This document shows, piece by piece, positions 28,701-37,624 of a stretch of DNA of 64,000 nucleotides. The DNA is from a virus (lineage: Duplodnaviria > Caudoviricetes). The position numbers and the translations under genes are program-made. The stretch spans positions 32,001 to 96,000 of the IMG/VR virus record IMGVR_UViG_3300028602_000002. One strand, 5' to 3'. The notes under the pieces are model-generated. The model saw only the letters and a list, made by a program, of their open reading frames with translations. It was not told where the DNA came from and ran no database searches. The first letter of the stretch is position 1, and every line of letters begins with the position of its first letter.

Positions 28701-30729
28701 TCAAGATAAATTACAAGCTGCTTTTACAGAGGAAACAAGTGAACAGTTTAATGAACTTCTTAGAGATTATGGTAGAGAAATTGGTTATCATATATCTGAT
28801 GGATTAGATGTTGGTGATATAGAGGAAAGAATATCACAATTTGAAGCTGATGTTGCTGACTTGCTTGATATAGATCCAGGTGTTGTAGATTTAACTCAAT
28901 TTATTATTGGACCTGATGTTGACATTCTGAAACCAATAGTAGATTTTCAAAGAAGGTTGGAAGAAACTGGAGAATTTACTGAGCAGTATGGAACAGAATT
29001 AGAGAATTTAAGACAAACATCAGTAAGAGTTTATTCAGCGATGACAGATTCCTTAAATAGATATATTCAAGAATGGGAATCTATGCCAGAGTATAGAGAG
29101 ATGGAAGACCCAGAAGATAGAATGGGCTTCATTAATGAAAGATTAGCAGAAAGAGTCGCACTTTATGATGAACTATCTAAAGTAGTTCGTACTGGTGGTT
29201 TAGCTGAAGGATTAGAAGAAGCTGAGAAGTATTTAGATGCAGGAAATATAGCTTTATATAATAAGGAAATAAGGTCTTTAATTAATGGAATTCAAGATCT
29301 AACTCCTGAATTAAGAGATGCATTTATAGAAATTTATGAAATCGGTGAAACAATTCCAGGCTCATTACAGGGTGCGGTAGATACTATAAGAAATACTGCT
29401 GATGCTGTTAAAGATTTATCTCCAGCTTTAGATACTTTAAGAGAAGGTCAAGCTCTTAGCTTAGATCAAATTTTAAATTTAGTGGAAGCACATCAGGATT
29501 TAATCTATCATTTAGAAGTAGAAAATGGGATAATTAGATTAAATCAAGAAGGCATAGAGGCTTTAAAAGCTGCTAAATTAGAAGCATTTAGAGAAGAGTT
29601 AAGAAATCATAAAACTTCTTTACAAGCTCAATTAATAAGAGTGGAAACAGAAATTGCATTAATGGAAGCTGTTAAAGAAGGCGATCTAACAATGCAGGAG
29701 GCTGATGCACAGTTAGAAACTTCAATTAACAATGTTGAAGCCACTGCAGAAGCAGCAACTAAAAATATGATTAATGATGCTAATGCTGTTGGAGAGGCTC
29801 AAGTTAATGCAGCTAAGCAATCTGATGAAGCATGGGCACAGTTTTATCGTAATCAAGTGGCTAGAATAGCTGGAGAAGAAGCTCAAAGAGTAGTTAGAGC
29901 TTTTAGTCCTTATGCTAGACCTACAGGAGAGAGAGCTGTTGCTGAAAGACATTATAGTGATTTTTATGCTGATCAGTTAGCTTTAGAAGGACAAAGAGAA
30001 AGAGATAGAGCTGAAGCTGAAAGAAGATTAAGTATTCTTAGAGACAGAGCAGGTATATTAGAACAACAAATTGATGTTCTTTCTAAGTTAATGGACGCTG
30101 ATTTAGTTGCTAATATCAAAACTGGTACTGAAAGCGCTTCTAAAGCGATGGAAGAATATATATCTGTATTGGAAGATTATTATAATATTCTAAGAAGAAT
30201 TGATCAATTGCAAGCGGAAATTGCTTTACTTCAAGCAGAAAGAAGATCCCTTGAAGGCTCTGATGATATTATTGAATCTTTAGGAAGAGAAATTGAATTA
30301 ATCCATCAATTACATCAAGAGCAAGAGAGATTATTAGCCGCCCAAGAGATTTCTATAGCCGCTTTAGGAGATAAGATTACTAAAGAATTTAGTGGTATAG
30401 TAACTATCACTGATGGATTATTACAAGTTAATATGACTGCTTATGATAGGCTTGGTGATAAAGCTAAAGAGCGTCTTGATGAGATGATTCAAGATTGGGA
30501 TTCATTAAATGAATCAATTAGAGAAACTACTTTAGCACTATCTGACTTAGAATATGAGTTAAAAAATCTTGGACAGGAAATTGTCAATTTATTAAAGACA
30601 AAATTAACTGAAGCTTTTGAGAAAATAGAAGAAGAAATTAATGGCAATATAGATGCAATAAGAAAATTAAGTGATGAGTTTGATAAGGCTTTTACTTTAT
30701 GCAAAGCCAAGCAGATAGATTTGATATGA
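25708..30729 (+). CDS. Tape measure protein, N-terminal part (alternative start TTG 25714)
   Basis: TP901-type TMP core (LDKSLTEIATV...ENIGTAFKTIIAR...AGSRQQSRFLALM), hydrophobic segments, long coiled coils. Confidence 0.9.
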   Translation: MRLADVTLKFSIDVSRAKASLDGFRRAMSGLKLGDELTKSLEQQMTLIEKKMKQLQDFKITPQTDEATMKQFKKLMDEITKATSEVEGSFGKINAEIRQSTGLSSQHFDKLKHIQQINEGIRTTYQQTREALVARLTHREKELQLAQLEGRIASEQRESTKEKLQLTLENKKNDEDRLAIVQQIRDLDKEFKGQEARMAIDEERAKVLEDQLSKHQEIKQALDEKKVAYDDLENQTRQAEQGRQRALEAQKEGLDAVTKGISTLTDRMRRLAEFTVAAFALRTLRRFFQEGLGFVRDLDKSLTEIATVTHTTREEMWKMAVEFNRLGRELGRTTSEIAQASVIFYRQGLQQHEVLEMVRASTISAGIANTDTADASDRLTSALRGFLRPASEAMSVADKLAALAAQSASSFDELSYAMTKTAASAQVAGIDMDHLFAYIAKVIEATREAPENIGTAFKTIIARMQQVKEAGVIVEDGVTTPLNKVQEALEAVGVELLDHEGQLRDLQDVFRDLGREWDYMDRNTKAYLATIIAGSRQQSRFLALMNDFNRTNELITVSQLSAGEASKQFQTHLTGIEASLVRLKAAQEEFLIGLINPEHYKGAIDSLRTLLDTFSGIPPVLTLAIAGITLWTMKTIIAMGATVAKANAEKIRNVVETEGLGIAYQRVLANLKEAGSTTVLIGKLLTLIGVKKGVIATTLAMHAATFGLSVVIMAAVAAVGYLVIRLASLASARKLELERLRESIGQKQEEITVLEREKDQLRDLAKEHETLRNKVTRTADEEARLATLNQELSDTYGRLVVGVDSFGNVIIDTTSYIEEEARKIRELNFELLENRRILAEEEFKIDFRETGDEIRKLRIQFEQLTGEIFGTEGERSIQFSTPRAPARPRDIEEDAPWAQRKLHEWHMSRYEEGQKRIEEIRKQLEESEERQNRIIEERLRLQDQILVASIALNEELDVATKLLAEQVVLSVERPDPTEMLTLTDQELEEAFSDYEQRVQDKLQAAFTEETSEQFNELLRDYGREIGYHISDGLDVGDIEERISQFEADVADLLDIDPGVVDLTQFIIGPDVDILKPIVDFQRRLEETGEFTEQYGTELENLRQTSVRVYSAMTDSLNRYIQEWESMPEYREMEDPEDRMGFINERLAERVALYDELSKVVRTGGLAEGLEEAEKYLDAGNIALYNKEIRSLINGIQDLTPELRDAFIEIYEIGETIPGSLQGAVDTIRNTADAVKDLSPALDTLREGQALSLDQILNLVEAHQDLIYHLEVENGIIRLNQEGIEALKAAKLEAFREELRNHKTSLQAQLIRVETEIALMEAVKEGDLTMQEADAQLETSINNVEATAEAATKNMINDANAVGEAQVNAAKQSDEAWAQFYRNQVARIAGEEAQRVVRAFSPYARPTGERAVAERHYSDFYADQLALEGQRERDRAEAERRLSILRDRAGILEQQIDVLSKLMDADLVANIKTGTESASKAMEEYISVLEDYYNILRRIDQLQAEIALLQAERRSLEGSDDIIESLGREIELIHQLHQEQERLLAAQEISIAALGDKITKEFSGIVTITDGLLQVNMTAYDRLGDKAKERLDEMIQDWDSLNESIRETTLALSDLEYELKNLGQEIVNLLKTKLTEAFEKIEEEINGNIDAIRKLSDEFDKAFTLCKAKQIDLI

Positions 30730-32930
30730 CTAGTTTTCAAAGAGAAATAGGTCTTGTATTAGATAGATTGGCAATGTTAGAAGGTAGAAGATTTGTTATT
30801 ACTGAACCTACTCTTGGAGAAGGTACAATAAGACAGAATATATTAACTACTCAAAGAGATATTGTTGCTAATGTAGAAAGATTAAAACAAATACAAGAAG
30901 ATGTTAACAATATTCTAAGCAGAGAAAGACAAACCAGAGAAGATATTAAAAGAGATACTGAAGATCTTAATAATTTATTAGAGAAGAAAAGAGAGATTCA
31001 AACAGAGTTAATTCAACAAGAAAGATCATTGTTGAATCAAATAGAAGACAGACAAAGAGCACATGCTCAGATTATTCATAATTTACAACAGGAGATTGAG
31101 AATAGAAGGAAAGCTCATCAAGAGATTGAAAGAAGATTACAGGCTGAAATAGATCATTATAATAAACTGAATGATTCTATTAAAGGAACTGCTTTCAATA
31201 TAGAAAGGTTAGCTCAAGAAATAGCATTATTAGGTGTTGAACATGATATTGCTGTTGATATTGGTGAGGTGCCTGTTGGTGAGATTCCAACTGATTTATT
31301 AACGATATATAATCAAGTTGCTAATTTAGCTAAAGGTATTAATTCAGATCTTGATTCTCAAATTCAGTTAAAAAGAGAAATCTTTGATTTAATTGAAGAT
31401 ATTGAAAAAGAAATGAGGAATGTTACACTTCAATATCAGAGACAAAGAAAAGAATTAGTTGATCAAATTGAACAGCTAAAGAAAGCAGAGTCTGAGCGAC
31501 ATAAGTTTGTTAGTGATTTATTAGATAAAGAACTTAAGAAGTATGAAGAGATTATTAATGCTAAACTTAAACTGCTAGAAGAGGAAAAAGCAGAAAGAGA
31601 TTTTCAAGAGCAAATATTTGAAGAAGAACAAGAGAGAGCTAGAATATTAGCAGAGTTAGATGTTTTAGGTTTAGATGATAGTCATGAAGCTAGGGCTAGA
31701 TTTCTCCAATTACAAGAAGAACTAGCTGAAAAAGAGTATGAGTTAAATAAAATGCACGATGAGAGAACTCTTGAATTAAGGAAGAGTAATTTACAACAAC
31801 AGTTAGATAATATTCGTGCGTATATAGATGCTCTCAGAGAAAGAAATGATATAGTAGCAGAAGAGAATAATAGACATCTTGAATTATTAGAAGAACAACT
31901 TGAAGAATTAGATGCTGCTTACAATAAAGAAATTGCTATTCTTAATCTGTTTGTAAACCACGTAAGAGATGTATATCAGGATTTAAATTCAGCAATTCAA
32001 GAGAATATTCAAGCTATGCAAGATCATCTAGCTCACAAGAGACAGCTACACTCTGATGAGATACAGATGATGATGGAGAACTTAGCAAGACAACAAGAGC
32101 TTCATAGATTAGAAATTGATAGCTTACAAACAAAATTACGTGGTATTCAAGAGTTGATGAGATTTAATGCTTATCAAATGAAAGAAATATTTGATGCACA
32201 AAATCAAATGTGGTTAGATAATCTAGAGGCTGAAAGACGTATACTAGAACAAAAATTAAAAAATCTTCAAAGGTTCTTACAAGTGTATTTACCTTTGTTG
32301 ATGATGGCTGGTATAGACCCTCAAAGATTTGCTCAAATGGCTGGAGATATAGCAGGTGGTGTTTCATTATCACGTGGGCAGGCTACAGGTGCAGCTGCTA
32401 CAGCGGCTAACCTAAAACTTAGAGATCAGGACTATGCAAGAACTGAATTCTGGAGAGGAACTCAGGTTGCAACTGACCCAGCTTCTTCGCAAGATACTGT
32501 AGCTGGAGCTATTAATTATATAAAAAATATCATCCCTAAAGAGAGCGGATTAACTTTAAGAGACCTAGAAGGTATGCTTACTGAAGAAGAATTGAAGAAG
32601 TTAAGAGTTGCTGGGTATGATACTGGAGGATATACTGGAACTTTTCCAGGTGGAAAAATTGGTATATTACATCAAAAAGAACTTGTTTTAAAAGAAAATG
32701 ATACAGAAAATATTTTAGAAGCTGTACGACTAATGAGACAAGTTATGACAAATTTTGATACCTTTAGAGCTTCCCCAGTTTCTGCTCCTGAACCTGTTGG
32801 AGATGATGTGGATATTAATATTTATATTGATAAGGTAATGGGAGATAGAGAGGGAGCCAGATTAGTTGCTAAAGAAACTTCTAAAGAAGTTTTAACAGCT
32901 TTAAAGAAATTTGGTGGCAGAACTGCCTAA
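30699..32930 (+). CDS. Tape measure protein, C-terminal part (-1 frame relative to the upstream ORF)
   Basis: Continues the coiled coil; ends with the TMP-type motif YDTGGYTG...ILHQKELVL; no RBS before ATG 30699. Confidence 0.8.
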   Translation: MQSQADRFDMTSFQREIGLVLDRLAMLEGRRFVITEPTLGEGTIRQNILTTQRDIVANVERLKQIQEDVNNILSRERQTREDIKRDTEDLNNLLEKKREIQTELIQQERSLLNQIEDRQRAHAQIIHNLQQEIENRRKAHQEIERRLQAEIDHYNKLNDSIKGTAFNIERLAQEIALLGVEHDIAVDIGEVPVGEIPTDLLTIYNQVANLAKGINSDLDSQIQLKREIFDLIEDIEKEMRNVTLQYQRQRKELVDQIEQLKKAESERHKFVSDLLDKELKKYEEIINAKLKLLEEEKAERDFQEQIFEEEQERARILAELDVLGLDDSHEARARFLQLQEELAEKEYELNKMHDERTLELRKSNLQQQLDNIRAYIDALRERNDIVAEENNRHLELLEEQLEELDAAYNKEIAILNLFVNHVRDVYQDLNSAIQENIQAMQDHLAHKRQLHSDEIQMMMENLARQQELHRLEIDSLQTKLRGIQELMRFNAYQMKEIFDAQNQMWLDNLEAERRILEQKLKNLQRFLQVYLPLLMMAGIDPQRFAQMAGDIAGGVSLSRGQATGAAATAANLKLRDQDYARTEFWRGTQVATDPASSQDTVAGAINYIKNIIPKESGLTLRDLEGMLTEEELKKLRVAGYDTGGYTGTFPGGKIGILHQKELVLKENDTENILEAVRLMRQVMTNFDTFRASPVSAPEPVGDDVDINIYIDKVMGDREGARLVAKETSKEVLTALKKFGGRTA

Positions 32931-32935
32931 AGTTA

Positions 32936-32961
32936 AGGGGTGAGAAACTATTCTCACCCCT
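32936..32961 (+). terminator. Stem-loop after the TMP gene
   Basis: AGGGGTGAGAA-ACTA-TTCTCACCCCT perfect 11 bp stem. Confidence 0.65.
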
Positions 32962-32990
32962 ACTTATTTAGGGAGAGAGAGGTGAAAAGA

Positions 32991-35363
32991 TTGATAAGAG
33001 ATTCTTTACATTTTGAATATGCTGGACAAACGTCAGAAGATATGGGACTATATAATATTAATATTGGTAGAGGAATGGCTAATGAGCCTTTTGTTGCTAA
33101 TATAGAGTTAGTAGAAGAGGTCATTAGGGGTAGGGATAAACCCTATTTTAAGAAAACTAGAAGACAACCACTATCTTTTTCAGTGGCTTTTGCTTTCCAA
33201 GAAAATTGGGATGAAGATAAAATTAGAGAGGTTGCAAGGTGGTTAACTAATCATCAAATTTATCAACCACTTAGATTTTATCAGAACATAGAAGATATTG
33301 ACAATAGTAGAATTTTCTTTGCTTTGATAGTAGAAGGTTCTGATATAGTTCATAATTACTTAAAACAAGGATATATCACTTTAACTATTAGATGTGATAG
33401 CCCTTGGGGATATTTACCTATTGTTGAGGAAGATAAAGGGACGGCTAATAATTTTGAACTGGAAAATTTAGGGGATTTACCTTTATTCCCTAGATTACAA
33501 ATTACCAAATTAGGTGACGGTCCTTTACTAATTACTAATAGTGATAATGGTTCAAAGATTGAATTTTTTAGTAAGAGAGCTGGTTCAGCTTTGTTAAGAT
33601 TAACTGGAACAGTTTATGATGGAGAAACTGTAGAGATTGGTGATGAAATATATGAGTTTGATACTGGTGATGGAGAAATAGATGAAAACCATGAAATAGT
33701 TGATCTTTATCAAGGAGGTACTTTAACTGCTGATTTTGCTAGAGGACTTTTAAACTTTCAAGAAGATGGGTTTATAAAAGAAGAAGATACTATAACTATA
33801 GGTAATGATATTTATGAATTTGATGTAGACGGTTTTTATCGTCATGCTAACATTCAGGTTGATATATCTGATTTTGTAGCTTATGCCACAGGTAGATTAA
33901 CATTAAATGAAAATCCTGAACCATATGATCAAATTGTTATTGGGAATACTCGTTATATTTTTGATATAGGAACAAACAAAAATTTAATTAAAACTACTAA
34001 TCATGGGGTAGATGCAAGAGGAGGATTTTTTGGTATAGTAAATAGAAGTCGACCTATGTCTGGAGCAAGTGATTTGAATTTTAAATTTGTAGTAGCAAAA
34101 AATAGAGACTTCCTTGAATTAGTTTCATATACAAAAAACAATCCTTTTGATAATCCTGTTCCTGCAACTGGAGAGTTAGCAGGACAACAGCCTGATGATG
34201 TTATAGAGATATATAGCAGTAAATATAGAGGTATTATAGATGCAGGAGGTTCCACAGTTAGCCATTTAGTTACAGATGACACACAGGGATTAAGAACTGG
34301 AGATGTCGTGGGATTAGTTAAAACTGATGGTGCCTTAGAATTTAGGAAGATTAAAGCTGTTTCTAATAATGTTAGTATGTCATTAGAGACAGCTGCTTCA
34401 GCGGTTCCCTCTGTATTTTATGCTTTTAACAGAGTTGCACTAAGAGTTGCTGAGGGAGCTAGATTTGAAATTCCAAATATTGTGGTGATTGGTGCTGATA
34501 AAGAAGAATCTGCCAGTAATTTAGTTAATGCTATAAATCTAACAGGAGTTCCTTCTTTAGATTTTGGAGTTAATTTAAAACAGAACTTATTAGTCGAAGC
34601 AGAATTAGAAAGTGAATATGGTGGGTCTGGTTATGGAGAAGCTTCCATTATACTAACATCTAGATTTGCTGGTTCTCAAGGTAATGCTATTGTAACTACA
34701 GTCTCTTCTGGAATGGATGCTTATTTTGATAGTGATAAATTAGAGGGTGGTTTGGACTGTCCTGTTGAATATGCTAAAGCTAAATTATTAGAAGCAATAG
34801 AAGAGAGAGGTAGAGAGAAAATAGAAGTTGATCCTGATGTTCCTGATGAACCTAATAAGATTCATTTTCGTTATAAAATAGGTGGAACTATTGGGAATGG
34901 AGTTATCTGTTTAGCTAATGCAGAAGATGCTTCTTGGGAAGAAGAGTATTTTGAAGGAGGTAAAGATCCTTTAAAACAAGAGATTATTGATGCATTGATA
35001 GATGCTATTAATCATGAATATCAAATTGTCGAGGCTGAAGAGTATGAACATGCTAATGACATGATAAAAGTTACACATTTATTAGAAGGATTAGATACGA
35101 ATATTCCTATTAAATCTGACGCTTATAATTTATTCTGGTCTAGTAGAAGATTAACTGGTGGCAGAAATGAGCTAGTTAATGGTGAAGTGATTATGATTGA
35201 TTGTGATAGGCAACAGATAGAGAGTAATGAAGATGACTTTGATAGATATGATTGTTTTAGTGATACCTATATTGAGCTAGATGTAGGTGAGAATAATATT
35301 GCTATAACAGAAGGAGATTGTGAAATTAAATTCTGGTTGTTGCCAAAGGTTATTCAAGGGTAA
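32991..35363 (+). CDS. Distal tail protein (Dit) with a large nested insertion
   Basis: N-terminal F.YAG..SEDMGL...CDSPWGY..ENLGD..P; C-terminal GEVIMID...YIELDVGEN. Start TTG 32991 after GAGGTGA; the track start at 32940 lies inside the hairpin. Confidence 0.75.
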   Translation: MIRDSLHFEYAGQTSEDMGLYNINIGRGMANEPFVANIELVEEVIRGRDKPYFKKTRRQPLSFSVAFAFQENWDEDKIREVARWLTNHQIYQPLRFYQNIEDIDNSRIFFALIVEGSDIVHNYLKQGYITLTIRCDSPWGYLPIVEEDKGTANNFELENLGDLPLFPRLQITKLGDGPLLITNSDNGSKIEFFSKRAGSALLRLTGTVYDGETVEIGDEIYEFDTGDGEIDENHEIVDLYQGGTLTADFARGLLNFQEDGFIKEEDTITIGNDIYEFDVDGFYRHANIQVDISDFVAYATGRLTLNENPEPYDQIVIGNTRYIFDIGTNKNLIKTTNHGVDARGGFFGIVNRSRPMSGASDLNFKFVVAKNRDFLELVSYTKNNPFDNPVPATGELAGQQPDDVIEIYSSKYRGIIDAGGSTVSHLVTDDTQGLRTGDVVGLVKTDGALEFRKIKAVSNNVSMSLETAASAVPSVFYAFNRVALRVAEGARFEIPNIVVIGADKEESASNLVNAINLTGVPSLDFGVNLKQNLLVEAELESEYGGSGYGEASIILTSRFAGSQGNAIVTTVSSGMDAYFDSDKLEGGLDCPVEYAKAKLLEAIEERGREKIEVDPDVPDEPNKIHFRYKIGGTIGNGVICLANAEDASWEEEYFEGGKDPLKQEIIDALIDAINHEYQIVEAEEYEHANDMIKVTHLLEGLDTNIPIKSDAYNLFWSSRRLTGGRNELVNGEVIMIDCDRQQIESNEDDFDRYDCFSDTYIELDVGENNIAITEGDCEIKFWLLPKVIQG

Positions 35364-35378
35364 AGGGAGTTGATTTTA

Positions 35379-37598
35379 ATGGATTTACAGGATTATATCT
35401 TTTTTGATTTAAAGAAACAAAAACATAAGCCAGAACTTTATTTAGCCACACCTCAAAGAAGAATTATTACAAAGTTACATGATTCTTCAGGGGTTAAATC
35501 AATGATTAAATTAGCTAGGGTTAATGAATTAGATTTTGACATACCTTATGATATAGAAACCCAGAATGATCCTTATGATATATTAAATGGTATTAACCTA
35601 ACAAGAAACGATGTTATTGATAAATTGAAGGATAGATTTTTAATAAAATATAAGTTGGGAAGTTATGTTGAATGGTATATGATTAGAGAGCAAGAAGACG
35701 TAGCAGATGAAGAACAAGATTATCGCTCTATCCATTGTTTTTCTTTAGCTTATGAATTGAAGAATATTAAGATTATTCAATATAATGTCATTTCATATAC
35801 TCTTTTAGAGATCCTAAAAGGAAAGCCATTTGATAATATGCCTGGAATACTTACAGATAGTTTGTGGTCAGTTGGTCATATTGATGAAGAGATTTTACAA
35901 AGATATAGAGCTTATGACTGCACTGTTAAGAATGGTTTAGATATTGTTTTTGAACTATCAGAAATATTTAATTGCGTTCCTATATTTGATACAGAAAATC
36001 GTTTAATTAATTTCTATGATATGGATAATGTGGGACAGAATCGTGGACTAAAAATTAGTCGTAAGAAGTATTTGAAAACCATAGCCACTCAATCTATATC
36101 TGATGAGATAGTTACAAGATTGAAAACATATGGTAGAGATGGATTAACAATTAGAAGAATTAATCCATTAGGGACTGATTATTTAGAAGATTACAGCTAT
36201 TTTATGTTCCCCTATGGGCTAATAGATAACGAAGGAAATAAAGTAGAATATTCTGACTATATGAGTACTGAGTTATGTGAAGCAATTACAGCTCATAGAG
36301 AGAAAATAAATAATTACTCTCCTACTTTTACGAGTTTAATAGGGAAACTAGAGGTTGTAGGACAATTATTGATTGCTAAAAATGTTGAGCTAAGAAACCT
36401 TCAGAATGAATTAATTCAATTAAGAGATAACTTAAAAGTAGCTGAAAGAGGAAGAGCTGGTGGTACCGTTATTCAGTTTCTCCAAGAGAGAATAGATGAA
36501 AAGGAAAAGCAAATAGATTTACAGACAACTCAAGTTAATAGATTATTAGAAGAGAGGGAAAGTTTAAATAGTCAAATAGCGGAAATAAGGGAAGCACTAT
36601 CTGAAAGGAATAATTATACTGCTCAATTACTAGAGGAAAAAAGACTATTTACAATAGAGGATGATTTTATTCACAGTAGTATAGTAGAAGAACATGAATT
36701 ATATAGAGCGGCCGCTGAATATTTTACAGAAGTAAATAAACCTAAAACAAGTATTTCTATTGATATAGTAGATTTTCTTGATATGTTGGAAGAGCAATAT
36801 AATTGGGATAAATTGCAGTTAGGCGATATCATTAGAGTTAAATATGATAAGTTTAATTTAGAAGAGAGTGTTAGAGTAGTTGAATTAGATTATGATTTTG
36901 AAAACGAAGCTGTTAATTTGGTTATTACTAATGTAAAAGACTTTGTCTTCACTGATGAAATTGATTCTCTTGCTAAACTATTGCATCGTAATGTTAATAT
37001 GGTTAAAGCTGTTGATGTATCAAAGGTTAGATGGGATGGAGTGGATACAGTAAGAAGAACATTAGAAGATATTCTTTCTAACCCTTGGGAGACTTTAGGT
37101 CTTGAAGATGATGTTAGTTGGGAAATAGAAGATCAAATGGATAGATTATATGATGAAATTCAAGAAGTTATTATTCCTGAATTAGATCTTCCTGATTTTG
37201 AAGCATGGTTTGATAGCTTAAGATTTGATTTAGAATCTTTAATTGATTTTAAATTAGATGAATTAGAGTGGCCTGAGCCACCTGAGCCTGAACCTCCTCT
37301 TGTTATAGAAGAGTTTTATGAGTATATTACTGCTCCTTGGAGTGCTACTGGGCTTAGATTTGATTTTGTGCAACAATATATTGAAGAACCAGCTGTACAA
37401 ATTAGTTTACAAGGAAATGATGTAGAAAATGAATTGGATGCTTATTCATTTAAAATGGTGGCTGAACATATAAGAGGAGAGAATAATGAATATATAGGAT
37501 TAAAAGTTTTTCCTCAAGGAACGAATATTCCTAGTGCATTTAGTGGTAAAGTTAGTATAGCCGCTGTTTGTACTGGAGTTATAGAGGAAGAAAGTTAG
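35379..37598 (+). CDS. Baseplate hub / Tal-like (prophage tail endopeptidase family) protein
   Basis: Follows Dit; IVTRLKTYGRDGL..NPLG..Y.EDYSYF, LGDIIRV; central coiled coil. Confidence 0.75.
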   Translation: MDLQDYIFFDLKKQKHKPELYLATPQRRIITKLHDSSGVKSMIKLARVNELDFDIPYDIETQNDPYDILNGINLTRNDVIDKLKDRFLIKYKLGSYVEWYMIREQEDVADEEQDYRSIHCFSLAYELKNIKIIQYNVISYTLLEILKGKPFDNMPGILTDSLWSVGHIDEEILQRYRAYDCTVKNGLDIVFELSEIFNCVPIFDTENRLINFYDMDNVGQNRGLKISRKKYLKTIATQSISDEIVTRLKTYGRDGLTIRRINPLGTDYLEDYSYFMFPYGLIDNEGNKVEYSDYMSTELCEAITAHREKINNYSPTFTSLIGKLEVVGQLLIAKNVELRNLQNELIQLRDNLKVAERGRAGGTVIQFLQERIDEKEKQIDLQTTQVNRLLEERESLNSQIAEIREALSERNNYTAQLLEEKRLFTIEDDFIHSSIVEEHELYRAAAEYFTEVNKPKTSISIDIVDFLDMLEEQYNWDKLQLGDIIRVKYDKFNLEESVRVVELDYDFENEAVNLVITNVKDFVFTDEIDSLAKLLHRNVNMVKAVDVSKVRWDGVDTVRRTLEDILSNPWETLGLEDDVSWEIEDQMDRLYDEIQEVIIPELDLPDFEAWFDSLRFDLESLIDFKLDELEWPEPPEPEPPLVIEEFYEYITAPWSATGLRFDFVQQYIEEPAVQISLQGNDVENELDAYSFKMVAEHIRGENNEYIGLKVFPQGTNIPSAFSGKVSIAAVCTGVIEEES

Positions 37599-37624
37599 TT
37601 TGAATTATTAAAGGAGGTTTAAAT

